Positions 39,948-55,255 of a stretch of DNA of 64,000 nt are shown here, one piece after another; position 1 is the stretch's first letter, and the number at the start of each line of letters is the position of its first letter. Source of the stretch: Eledone cirrhosa (taxonomy: Eukaryota); NCBI GenBank assembly GCA_964016885.1, contig OZ024748.1:31248001-31312000 (forward strand), given 5' to 3'. The translations under genes were made by a program, and so were the position numbers. Below the pieces are notes generated by a model, which had not been told where the DNA came from, did no database searches, and was given only the letters and a program-made list of their open reading frames with translations.

Positions 39948-40470
39948 ATGATATCCACCTTATTATTTTTAATATTTTTATCTTTATTAAATATAATATC
40001 ATTTTTTATCAGTAATATCACTATAATTAAAACTACTAAGGATGAAAAACTCAGAGCTGTATGGGAGCATCCCAAAAGTCAGCTCAAAAGTGACACAGAG
40101 GAGACTGAGGTTGGCTGGACATTCTCACCGACATCCAGAGTTGACATTGCACTCAGTGCTCCTTTGGGAGCCCCTACATGGACACACTAGAAGAGGAAGA
40201 CCAAGGTTAACATATGTTGATGCCCTAAGGACAGACACTGGTCTGTTGGAGATGCAGGATATGGCAGCGATAATGAGGGACAGAGACCGCTGGAGAGAAC
40301 TCGTCCATGGATCTCGGGAATTTTACCCGCCTTAGATAGATAGAAGGATCGAGAAAAAAATTCACCTTTTGAATATGGATTTGATCCATCTTGATATACT
40401 CGCTCCCCCTTTTCTATACGATTTTTTTATTAGCAGTTATCTTCTTAATATTTGATATCGAAATTATCCT
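39948..40470 (+). pseudogene. nad3: nad3 NUMT pseudogene, interrupted by an RTE fragment and 3'-truncated
   Basis: DREKNSPFEYGFDP and FFLLAVIFLIFDIEIILL. Confidence 0.88.
40044..40343 (+). mobile_element. RTE-clade LINE 3' fragment inserted in nad3 with 6-bp TSD
   Basis: AAGGAT at 40038-40043 and 40344-40349; (TAGA)n tail; RRLRLAGH...RGRP. Confidence 0.88.
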
Positions 40471-41279
40471 TTTAAAATATTTTATTATTCAAAGATTTAG
40501 CTCATCAATTTTTATAATATCCATAATTTTTATATATTTATACTCTTTATCTATGTACTCTATATTTAATAATTCTCTATTTTCTTCCATTATAATTGTA
40601 TCACTTCTTATTAAACTAGGAAGTGCACCTTTCCACTTTTTGACTTCCAAGAATATGTAAACAAATAAGATGAATAATATTTTTTATTTTATCATGACAA
40701 ATAAGATGAATAATATTTTTTATATTACAAAAATTAGCACCTTTATTAATTTCAATTACACCATTATTAAGAAGATTTATAGGAAGAATACAAGCAATTA
40801 ATCAAACAAACCTACAATTAATCATAGTATATTATTCTATTTCCCACCTAGGTTGAATATTAGCCTCATGTTCAATTAATAACCTTTTAATAATACTATA
40901 TTTATTAATTTATATACTAATTATTATACCCTTATTTTTATATTTTAATTCAAAATCCAACCTGTTTATATATTTTTTAAGTCACCATAATTATAACTTA
41001 AATAAAGAAAACATCTTTATTATTATATTAATCTTATCTTTAGGTGTAATACCACCAATAATAGGATTCTTATCAAAACTAATAATTTTAAATATATTAT
41101 TATCTACAAACATATTAATGTTATCGATATTATTACTTACCTCCACATTAATTAGATTATACTTTTATCTAAATATACTTATAAGAATATTTATAAAATC
41201 ATTTTATATAATAAAAATTAACAAAATAAAAATAAATCTAAAAACAATTATATGTATTAATATAACAATTACTCCTTTC
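40471..41279 (+). pseudogene. nad2: nad2 NUMT pseudogene (5'-deleted, frameshifted)
   Basis: KYFIIQ, LLIKLGSAPFHF, QKLAP, NQT, YYSISHLGWM and LSLGVMPPMMGF. Confidence 0.85.
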
Positions 41280-42690
41280 AAAAATATCAAACAATATATT
41301 AAAACATTTTTTTTTATACAATATATATTAATTTATAAAGACCAATTATATAGCTTAATTTAACAAAAATAAATTAGCTACAAAATTAAATCTATATTAT
41401 TTTAAAATAATATATAAGTATAAAACAACCAAAAATTAATTATATATATATCTATACTCGATACGAACGAAATTTATAAATCCCAGTATATATATATTTT
41501 TGATATCTAAATTAACTTAGTATATATTGAAGAAAAAAACAATTAATCAAACTAACCTGAGGCATATCTTGTTATAATACCAGAGGCACAGGCCCCAATA
41601 TTCAATTTATTAAATAAATATTATAATATGATAAATTAAAGTACTTTTATAAGCTATCATAATTAAGATACATTATAACTATATGGATTATAATACTTCA
41701 ATTACGGATTTATTTATAAAACAAATAATAATAATTAAATAATAATAAATTTATTAATATCTTAGTATAAATTTGTTATTTAAAACAATTTTATTTAAAA
41801 GCAGGGATACAAATATAGGTTATAACGTATAAAATTAATTTATTTAAAAGCAGGGATACAAATACAGGTTATAACGTATAAAATTTATTTATTTAAAAGC
41901 AGGGATACAATATAAATTAAAATAATCATATATAATTTAATTAATTAAATAAAATTTAATTTAAAAATAATATTAATTTAGATTTAATATTAATAAAAGA
42001 ATAGAATTTTATTCCACTTTACAAGAAGCTTTTCCCCCAAATTTATATTAAAACCAATTATTAATTATAATTTAATTATAATACACACTCAAATGTCTAT
42101 ATAATAAACTAGCTACCATAAAAATCGAATAGCATTTCACTACCATTTATTATTAAATATATAACTTTACCACGTTAACAAATCAATATAATAAATAAAT
42201 CTTCCTATTTCGAGAACCTAATATTTATTTATTAATATTATTAATCTATTATACAAAAGATACAATCATTAATATTTACTATACATTAATTTTTTTAAAC
42301 ACCCTTTTCAGTACAATCAATTTTAACATTCTTCTAACCCTCTATTTAAAATTTTTAATCTAAACTATTTAAATAATAACTATATTATTAACTTTCAAAA
42401 ATAATTAAATCAATAAATATTTTCTTAACGTAAGTGAGACACATTATACTTATGTTAATTCTTGTACTTTATTATATAAATCCAGAAACAATTTCTATTT
42501 CTTATCTAAATAACAAGAGTGACGGGCGATATGTACACCCTACAAAACCATTATTCACATATACACACTAATTAAAAATTACTATTAAGTCCACCTCTAT
42601 ATTAAATCCTATTTAATAACATAATATATTATATTTAAATTATAAATATATTAAATAAATAATCTAAATACATAAATATATAATCAACGT

Positions 42691-42770
<80 letters not shown>

Positions 42771-43282
42771 CTAACATGTATAAAATTACAAAAATTAAAA
42801 ACAAACCAAAGACAAATTTAAATAATAAAGAGATATAAATATATCCATTTTCGAGGTATGAACCCAACAGCTTTTTTAACTTACTTTATTATAAAGTTTC
42901 AACAAAAATGTATTTTTATATTTGCAATTTAATATTTTAATATAAATTATAAAACCATGAGAAAGTTACTACTTATAAATAGATTTACAATCTACCGACT
43001 AAATTATTTCGACCATCTCATACAGAATTTAAACAACAAATATTTATTTTAAATTTTGAAAATTTACAGTTTATTTTAACTTTAAACTCTTTACAAAAAG
43101 ATCAAAATTTTACATGCCCATACACCAAATTATATTATTTTATTTAACATTATATCTAAACCTATTATTTGGAAAATAATTATACTATTTATACAAATAA
43201 AATATATTCTCAATAAACTATTAACATTCATCCCTAAAAATTGAAAATCTTTCGTAAGAACCCTTAAATAAAATCCATATGT

Positions 43283-43313
<31 letters not shown>

Positions 43314-45616
43314 TATTTACAATTATTATTATTATTAATATATAATTCCTAATTTTATATTTTTTTGATTATTTATAATCAAAAAAATAGTAACCATAAA
43401 ATAACTTTGAAATATTTTCCTTTCAAAAATATCATTACAATATATCATCCCTAAAAATTGAAAATCTTTCGTGCCCATTACACCATAAGAACCCTTAAAT
43501 AAAATCCATATTTTATATATATATATATATATATACATATATAATTTATTTATTATATAAACATTTACAATTATTATTATTATTATTAATTTTATATACT
43601 AAATAATAAAAAAAATAATAACCATAAAATAACTTTGAAATATTTTCCTTTCAAAAATATCAAACAATATATTAAAACATTTTTTTTTTAAACAATATAT
43701 ATTAATTTATAAAGACCAATTACAAATTAACTACAAAATTAAATCTATATTATTTTGAAATAATATATAAGTATAAAACAACCAAAAATTAATTATATAT
43801 ATATCTATAATCGATACGAACGAAATTTATAAATCCCAGTATATATATATATTTTTTTATATATGAATTAACTTAGTATATATTGAAAAAAAAACAATTA
43901 ATCTAACTAACCTGAGGCAGATCTTGTTATAATACCAGAGGCACAGGCCCCAATATTCAATTTATTAAATAAATATTATTATATGATAAATTAAAGTACT
44001 TTTATAAGTTATCATAATTAAAATACATTATAACTATATACTTACGGATTTATTTATAAAACAAATAATAATAATTAAATAATAATAAATTTATTAATAT
44101 CTTAGTATAAATTTGTTATTTAAAACAATTTTATTTAAAAGCAGGCATACAAATATAGGTTATAACGTATAAAATTTATTTATTTAAAAGCAGGGATACA
44201 AATATAGGTTATAACGTATAAAATTTATTTATTTAAAAGCAGGGATACAATATAAATTAAAATAATCATATATAATTTAATTAATTAAATAAAATTTAAT
44301 TTAAAAATAATATTAATTTAGATTTAATGATAATAAAAGAATAGAATTTTATTCCACTTTATTCCCGCAAATTTATATTAAAACCAATTATTAATTATAA
44401 TTTAATTATAATACACACTCAAATGTCTATATAATAAAATAGCTACCATAAAAATCGATGCCATTTATTATTAAATATATAACTTTACCACGTTAACAAA
44501 TCAATATAATAAATAAAACTTCCTATTTAGAGAACCTAATATTTATTTATTAATATTATTAATCTATTATACAAAAGATACAATCATTAATATTTACTAT
44601 ACATTAATTTTTTTAAACACCCTTTTCAGTACAATCAATTTTAACATTCTTCTAACCCTCTATTTAAAATTTTTAATCTAAACTATTTAAATAATAACTA
44701 TATTATTAACTTTCAAAAATAATTAAATCAATAAATATTTTCTTAACGTAAGTGAGACACATTATACTTATGTTAATTCTTGTACTTTATTATATAAATC
44801 CAGAAACAATTTCTATTTCTTATCTAAATAACAAGAGTGACGGGCGATATGTACACCCTACAAAACCATTATTCACATATACACACTAATTAAAAATTAC
44901 TATTAAGTCCACCTTTCTATAAAAATATAAAATAAAATTAACTATAGTAGCATATTAAACCTTTTTTATCAGCTGCATAAAAATTTAAATATTTTCTAGT
45001 CTTTTAACATAATTCTTAAAACATAAACTGACGACAGCAATATACAAACTGAACTTATATACAATTTCAAAAAAAAGTTAGTTTAAATTGAGGATTATCA
45101 AATAAATTAAAAAAGCTCCCCTAATTGGATATTTAGAACCGCCAAACTTTTTAAGTTTTAAATAAACACGTAATCTTATAAAAGTAAACATAATTCATAA
45201 TACTGAGGTAAAATAACTTTATTTTTACAAATCAAAATAATAGGGTATCTAATCCTTGTTTATTATTGAATTTTCAAAGCATTTATAATAAAGAAAACAA
45301 AAAAAACAATCAAATTTTATATATAAATTTTACCTAAAAACTCATTATAATCTTTCCTCATAAATAATATTATATTACTTTATTTTCAACCAAATCTTTT
45401 TAATCTTAATTATTTGTATAACCGCAGATGCTGGCACAAATTTATCCAATTACCACATATAATTTCTGTATAAAACTCCCATTTATTGTACAAATATATA
45501 TACTGATAAAAATTATAAAACCTCTATATTAAATCCTATTTAATAACATAATATATTATATTTAAATTATAAATATATTAAATAAATAATCTAAATATAT
45601 AAATATATAATCAACG

Positions 45617-45699
<83 letters not shown>

Positions 45700-46210
45700 C
45701 TAACATGTATAAAATTACAAAAATTAAAAACAAACCAAAGACAAATTTAAATAATAAAGAGATATAAATATATCCATTTTCGAGGTATGAACCCAACAGC
45801 TTTTTTACCTTACTTTATTATAAAGTTTCAACAAAAATGTATTTTTAAATTTGCAATTTAATATTTTAATATAAATTATAAAACCATGAGAAAGTTACTA
45901 CTTATAAATAGATTTACAATCTACCGACTAAATTATTTCGACCATCTCATACAGAATTTAAACAACAAATATTTATTTTAAATTTTGAAAATTTACAGTT
46001 TATTTTAACTTTAAACTCTTTACAAAAAGATCAAAATTTTACATGCCCATACACCAAATTATATTATTTTATTTAACATTATATCTAAACCTATTATTTG
46101 GAAAATAATTATACTATTTATACAAATAAAATATATTCTCAATAAACTATTAACATTCATCCCTAAAAATTGAAAATCTTTCGTAAGAACCCTTAAATAA
46201 AATCCATATG

Positions 46211-46266
<56 letters not shown>

Positions 46267-46460
46267 TATTTACAATTATTATTATTATTAATATATAATT
46301 CCTAATTTTATATTTTTTTGATTATTTATAATCAAAAAAATAGTAACCATAAAATAACTTTGAAATATTTTCCTTTCAAAAATATCATTACAATATATCA
46401 TCCCTAAAAATTGAAAATCTTTCGTGCCCATTACACCATAAGAACCCTTAAATAAAATCC

Positions 46461-46501
<41 letters not shown>

Positions 46502-48519
46502 TATTATATAAACATTTACAATTATTATTATTATTATTAATTTTATATACTAAATAATAAAAAAAATAATAACAATAAAATAACTTTGAAATATTTTCCT
46601 TTCAAAAATATCAAACAATATATTAAAACATTTTTTTTTTAAACAATATATATTAATTTATAAAGACCAATTACAAATTAACTACAAAATTAAATCTATA
46701 TTATTTTGAAATAATATATAAGTATAAAACAACCAAAAATTAATTATATATATATCTATAATCGATACGAACGAAATTTATAAATCCCAGTATATATATA
46801 TATTTTTTTATATATGAATTAACTTAGTATATATTGAAAAAAAAACAATTAATCTAACTAACCTGAGGCAGATCTTGTTATAATACCAGAGGCACAGGCC
46901 CCAATATTCAATTTATTAAATAAATATTATTATATGATAAATTAAAGTACTTTTATAAGTTATCATAATTAAAATACATTATAACTATATACTTACGGAT
47001 TTATTTATAAAACAAATAATAATAATTAAATAATAATAAATTTATTAATATCTTAGTATAAATTTGTTATTTAAAACAATTTTATTTAAAAGCAGGCATA
47101 CAAATATAGGTTATAACGTATAAAATTTATTTATTTAAAAGCAGGGATACAATATAAATTAAAATAATCATATATAATTTAATTAATTAAATAAAATTTA
47201 ATTTAAAAATAATATTAATTTAGATTTAATGATAATAAAAGAATAGAATTTTATTCCACTTTATTCCCGCAAATTTATATTAAAACCAATTATTAATTAT
47301 AATTTAATTATAATACACACTCAAATGTCTATATAATAAAATAGCTACCATAAAAATCGATGCCATTTATTATTAAATATATAACTTTACCACGTTAACA
47401 AATCAATATAATAAATAAAACTTCCTATTTAGAGAACCTAATATTTATTTATTAATATTATTAATCTATTATACAAAAGATACAATCATTAATATTTACT
47501 ATACATTAATTTTTTTAAACACCCTTTTCAGTACAATCAATTTTAACATTCTTCTAACCCTCTATTTAAAATTTTTAATCTAAACTATTTAAATAATAAC
47601 TATATTATTAACTTTCAAAAATAATTAAATCAATAAATATTTTCTTAACGTAAGTGAGACACATTATACTTATGTTAATTCTTGTACTTTATTATATAAA
47701 TCCAGAAACAATTTCTATTTCTTATCTAAATAACAAGAGTGACGGGCGATATGTACACCCTACAAAACCATTATTCACATATACACACTAATTAAAAATT
47801 ACTATTAAGTCCACCTTTCTATAAAAATATAAAATAAAATTAACTATAGTAGCATATTAAACCTTTTTTATAAGCTGCATAAAAATTTAAATATTTTCTA
47901 GTCTTTTAACATAATTCTTAAAACATAAACTGACGACAGCAATATACAAACTGAACTTATATACAATTTCAAAAAAAAGTTAGTTTAAATTGAGGATTAT
48001 CAAATAAATTAAAAAAGCTCCCCTAATTGGATATTTAGAACCGCCAAACTTTTTAAGTTTTAAATAAACACGTAATCTTATAAAAGTAAACATAATTCAT
48101 AATACTGAGGTAAAATAACTTTATTTTTACAAATCAAAATAATAGGGTATCTAATCCTTGTTTATTATTGAATTTTCAAAGCATTTATAATAAAGGAAAA
48201 CAAAAAAAACAATCAAATTTTATATATAAATTTTACCTAAAAACTCATTATAATCTTTCCTCATAAATAATATTATATTACTTTATTTTCAACCAAATCT
48301 TTTTAATCTTAATTATTTGTATAACCGCAGATGCTGGCACAAATTTATCCAATTACCACATATAATTTCTGTATAAAACTCCCATTTATTGTACAAATAT
48401 ATATACTGATAAAAATTATAAAACCTCTATATTAAATCCTATTTAATAACATAATATATTATATTTAAATTATAAATATATTAAATAAATAATCTAAATA
48501 TATAAATATATAATCAACG

Positions 48520-48564
<45 letters not shown>

Positions 48565-49076
48565 CTAACATGTATAAAATTACAAAAATTAAAAACAAAC
48601 CAAAGACAAATTTAAATAATAAAGAGATATAAATATATCCATTTTCGAGGTATGAACCCAACAGCTTTTTTACCTTACTTTATTATAAAGTTTCAACAAA
48701 AATGTATTTTTAAATTTGCAATTTAATATTTTAATATAAATTATAAAACCATGAGAAAGTTACTACTTATAAATAGATTTACAATCTACCGACTAAATTA
48801 TTTCGACCATCTCATACAGAATTTAAACAACAAATATTTATTTTAAATTTTGAAAATTTACAGTTTATTTTAACTTTAAACTCTTTACAAAAAGATCAAA
48901 ATTTTACATGCCCATACACCAAATTATATTATTTTATTTAACATTATATCTAAACCTATTATTTGGAAAATAATTATACTATTTATACAAATAAAATATA
49001 TTCTCAATAAACTATTAACATTCATCCCTAAAAATTGAAAATCTTTCGTAAGAACCCTTAAATAAAATCCATATGT

Positions 49077-49109
<33 letters not shown>

Positions 49110-49303
49110 TATTTACAATTATTATTATTATTAATATATAATTCCTAATTTTATATTTTTTTGATTATTTATAATCAAAAAAATAGTAACCATAAAATAA
49201 CTTTGAAATATTTTCCTTTCAAAAATATCATTACAATATATCATCCCTAAAAATTGAAAATCTTTCGTGCCCATTACACCATAAGAACCCTTAAATAAAA
49301 TCC

Positions 49304-49342
<39 letters not shown>

Positions 49343-52119
49343 TATTTATTATATAAACATTTACAATTATTATTATTATTATTAATTTTATATACTAAAT
49401 AATAAAAAAAATAATAACCATAAAATAACTTTGAAATATTTTCCTTTCAAAAATATCAAACAATATATTAAAACATTTTTTTTTTAAACAATATATATTA
49501 ATTTATAAAGACCAATTACAAATTAACTACAAAATTAAATCTATATTATTTTGAAATAATATATAAGTATAAAACAACCAAAAATTAATTATATATATAT
49601 CTATAATCGATACGAACGAAATTTATAAATCCCAGTATATATATATATTTTTTTATATATGAATTAACTTAGTATATATTGAAAAAAAAACAATTAATCT
49701 AACTAACCTGAGGCAGATCTTGTTATAATACCAGAGGCACAGGCCCCAATATTCAATTTATTAAATAAATATTATTATATGATAAATTAAAGTACTTTTA
49801 TAAGTTATCATAATTAAAATACATTATAACTATATACTTACGGATTTATTTATAAAACAAATAATAATAATTAAATAATAATAAATTTATTAATATCTTA
49901 GTATAAATTTGTTATTTAAAACAATTTTATTTAAAAGCAGGCATACAAATATAGGTTATAACGTATAAAATTTATTTATTTAAAAGCAGGGATACAAATA
50001 TAGGATATAACGTATAAAATTTATTTTTTTAAAAGCAGGGATACAATATAAATTAAAATAATCATATATAATTTAATTAATTAAATAAAATTTAATTTAA
50101 AAATAATATTAATTTAGATTTAATGATAATAAAAGAATAGAATTTTATTCCACTTTACAAGAAGCTTTTCCCCCAAATTTATATTAAAACCAATTATTAA
50201 TTATAATTTAATAATACACACTCAAATGTCTATATAGTAAACTAGCTACCATAAAAATCGATACCATTTATTATTAAATATATAACTTTAACACGTTAAC
50301 AAATCAATATAATAAATAAATCTTCCTATTTCGAGAACCCAATATTTATTTATTAATATTATTAATCTATTATACAAAAGATACAATCATTAATATTTAC
50401 TATACATTAATTTTTTTAAACACCCTTTTCAGTACAATCAATTTTAACATTCTTCTAACCCTCTATTTAAAATTTTTAATCTAATCTATATAAATAATAA
50501 CTATATTATTAACTTTCAAAAATAATTAAATCAATAAATATTTTCTCAACGTAAGTGAGACACATTATACTTATGTTAATTCTTGTACTTATTATATAAA
50601 TCCAGAAACAATTTCTATTTCTTATCTAAATAACAAGAGTGACGGGCGATATGTACACCCTACAAAACCATTATTCACATATACACACTAATTAAAATTA
50701 CTATTAAGTCCACCTTTCTATAAAAATATATAATTTTAAATCCGGAACAAAATAAAATTAACTATAGCTCATTAAACCTTTTTATAAGCTGCATAAAAAT
50801 TTAAATATTTTCTAGTCTTTTAACATAATTCTTTAAACATAAACTGACGACAGCAATATACAAACTGAACTTATATACAATTTCAAAAAAAAAGTTAGTT
50901 TAAATTGAGGATTATCAAATAAATTAACAAGCTCCCCTAATTGGATATGTAGAACCGCCAAACTTTTTAAGTTTTAAATAAACACGTAATCTTATAAAAG
51001 TAAACATAATTCATAATACTCAGGTAAAATAACTTTATTTTTACAAATCAAAATAATAGGGTATCTAATCCTAGTTTATTATCGAATTTTCACAGCATTT
51101 ATAATAAAGAAAACAAAAAAAAACAATCAAATTTTATATATAAATTTTACCTAAAGACTCATTATATTCTTTCCTCATAAATAATATTATATTACTTTAT
51201 TTTCAACCAAATCTTTTTAATCTTAATTATTTGTATAACCGTAGATGCTGGCACAAATTTATCCAACTACCACATATATATACTGATAAAAATTATAAAA
51301 CCACTATATTAAATCCTATTTAATATCATAATATTATATTTAAATTATAAATATATTAAACAAATAATCTAAATATATAAATATATAATCAACTTTATAT
51401 ATATATATATATAATATCCAACATGTATAAAATTACAAAAATTAAAAACAAACCAAAGTCAAATTTAAATAATAAAGAGATATAAATATATCCATTTTCG
51501 AGGTATGAACCCAACAGCTTTTTTAGCTTACTTTATTATAAAGTTTCAACAAAAATGTATTTTTAAATTTGCAATTTAATATTTTAATATAAATTATAAA
51601 ACCATGAGACAGTTACTACTTATAAATAGATTTACAATCTACCGACTAAATTATTTCGACCACCTCATACAGAATTTAAACAACAAATATTTATTTTAAA
51701 TTTTGAAAATTTACAGTTTAAACTCTTTACAAAAAGATCAAAACTTTACATGCCCATACACCAAATTATATTATTTTATTTAACATTATATCTAAACCTA
51801 TTATTTGGAAAATAATTATACTATTTATACTAATAAAATATATTCTCAATAAATTATTAACATTCATCCCTAAAAATTGAAAATCTTTCGTAAGAACCCT
51901 TAAATAAAATCCATATTTTATATATATATATTATTTATTTACAATTATTATTATTATTAATATATACTTCCTAATTTTATATTTTTTTGATTCAAAAAAA
52001 TAATAACCATAAAATAACTTTGAAATATTTTCCTTTCAAAAATATCATTACAATATATCATCCCTAAAAATTGAAAATCTTTCGTGCCCATTACACCATA
52101 AGAAACCTTAAATAAAATC

Positions 52120-52213
<94 letters not shown>

Positions 52214-53260
52214 TATTTATTATATAAACATTTACAATTATTATTATTATTATTAATTTTAAATTTTAATCAAAAAAATAATAACCATAAAATAATTTTA
52301 ATCAAAAAAATAATAACCATAGATTAATATTAAAATCTAAATTTTAATCAAAAAAATAATAACCATAAAATAACTTTGAAATATTTTCCTTTCAAAAATA
52401 TCAAACAATATATTAAAACATTTTTTTTTAAACAATATATATTAATTTATAAAGACCAATTATAAATTAACTACAAAATTAAATCTATATTATATTGAAA
52501 TAATATATAGGTATAAAACAACCAAAAATTAATTATATATATATCTATACTCGATACGAACGAAATTTATAAATCCCAGTATATATATATATTTTTTTAT
52601 ATATACATTAACTTAGTATATATTGAAGAAAAAAACAATTAATCTAATTAACCTGAGGCAGATCTTGTTATAATACCAGAGGCACAGGCCCCAATATTCA
52701 ATTTATTAAATAAATATTATTATATGATAAATTAAAGTACTTTTATAAGTTAACATAATTAAAATACATTATAACTATATACTTACGGATTTATTTATAA
52801 AACAAATAATAATAATTAAATAATAATAAATTTATTAATATCTTAGTATAAATTTGTTATTTAAAACAATTTTATTTAAAAGCAGGGATACAAATATAGG
52901 TTATAACGTATAAAATGTATTTATTTAAAAGCAGAGATACAAATATATTTGTATAATAATCATATATAATTTAATTAATTAAATAAAATTTAATTTAAAA
53001 ATAATATTAATTTAGATTTAATGATAATAAAAGAATAGAATTTTATTCCACTTTACAAGAAGCTTTTCCCCCAAATTTATATTGAAACCAATTATTAATT
53101 ATAATTTAATTATAATACACACCCAAATGTCTATATAATAAACTAGCTACCATAAAAATCGATACCATTTATTATTAAATATATAACTTTACCACGTTAA
53201 CAAATCAATATAATAAATAAATCTTCCTATTTCGAGAACCTAATATTTATTTATTAATAT

Positions 53261-53368
53261 AATTGTTTCTACTTTAGGCACAAGGCCAGCAATTTCCCAG
53301 TACATTACTGGTACTTTATTTTATCTACCCCGTAAGGATGAAAGGCAAAGTTAACCTTGGCGGGATTT
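53261..53368 (-). mobile_element. Second truncated SINE insertion of the same family (duplicated at 59144-59251)
   Basis: Reverse complement resembles 27902-28010; inserted in the rrnL-derived segment; no clear TSD. Confidence 0.78.
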
Positions 53369-54436
53369 ATACAAAAGATACAATCATTAATATTTACTAT
53401 ACATTAATTTTTTTAAACACCCTTTTCAGCACAATCAATTTTAACATTCTTCTAACCCTCTATTTAAAATTTTTAATCTAAACTATATAAATAATAACTA
53501 TATTATTAACTTTCAAAAATAATTAAATCAATAAATATTTTCTCAACGTAAGTGAGACACATTATACTTATGTTAATTCTTGTACTTTATTATATAAATC
53601 CAGAAACAATTTCTATTTCTTATCTAAATAACAAGAGTGACGGGCGATATGTACACCTTACAAAACCATTATTCACATATACACACTAATTAAAAATTAC
53701 TATTAAGTCCACCTTTCTATAAAAATATATAATTTTAATTCCGGAACAAAATAAAATTAACTATAGTAGCTCATTAAACCTTTTTTATAAGCTGCATAAA
53801 AATTTAAATATTTTCTAGTCTTTTAACATAATTCTTAAAACATAAACTGACGACAGCAATATACAAACTGAACTTATATACAATTTCAAAAAAAAGTTAG
53901 TTTAAATTGAGGATTATCAAATAAATTAAAAAAGCTCCCCTAATTGGATATTTAGAACCGCCAAACTTTTTAAGTTTTAAATAAACACGTAATCTTATAA
54001 AAGTAAACATAATTCATAATACTGAGGTAAAATAACTTTATTTTTACAAATCAAAATAATAGGGTATCTAATCCTTGTTTATTATTGAATTTTCAAAGCA
54101 TTTATAATAAAGGAAAACAAAAAAAACAATCAAATTTTATATATAAATTTTACCTAAAAACTCATTATAATCTTTCCTCATAAATAATATTATATTACTT
54201 TATTTTCAACCAAATCTTTTTAATCTTAATTATTTGTATAACCGCAGATGCTGGCACAAATTTATCCAATTACCACATATAATTTCTGTATAAAACTCCC
54301 ATTTATTGTACAAATATATATACTGATAAAAATTATAAAACCTCTATATTAAATCCTATTTAATAACATAATATATTATATTTAAATTATAAATATATTA
54401 AATAAATAATCTAAATATATAAATATATAATCAACG

Positions 54437-54477
<41 letters not shown>

Positions 54478-54989
54478 CTAACATGTATAAAATTACAAAA
54501 ATTAAAAACAAACCAAAGACAAATTTAAATAATAAAGAGATATAAATATATCCATTTTCGAGGTATGAACCCAACAGCTTTTTTACCTTACTTTATTATA
54601 AAGTTTCAACAAAAATGTATTTTTAAATTTGCAATTTAATATTTTAATATAAATTATAAAACCATGAGAAAGTTACTACTTATAAATAGATTTACAATCT
54701 ACCGACTAAATTATTTCGACCATCTCATACAGAATTTAAACAACAAATATTTATTTTAAATTTTGAAAATTTACAGTTTATTTTAACTTTAAACTCTTTA
54801 CAAAAAGATCAAAATTTTACATGCCCATACACCAAATTATATTATTTTATTTAACATTATATCTAAACCTATTATTTGGAAAATAATTATACTATTTATA
54901 CAAATAAAATATATTCTCAATAAACTATTAACATTCATCCCTAAAAATTGAAAATCTTTCGTAAGAACCCTTAAATAAAATCCATATGT

Positions 54990-55022
<33 letters not shown>

Positions 55023-55216
55023 TATTTACAATTATTATTATTATTAATATATAATTCCTAATTTTATATTTTTTTGATTATTTATAATCAAAAAAATAGT
55101 AACCATAAAATAACTTTGAAATATTTTCCTTTCAAAAATATCATTACAATATATCATCCCTAAAAATTGAAAATCTTTCGTGCCCATTACACCATAAGAA
55201 CCCTTAAATAAAATCC

Positions 55217-55255
<39 letters not shown>

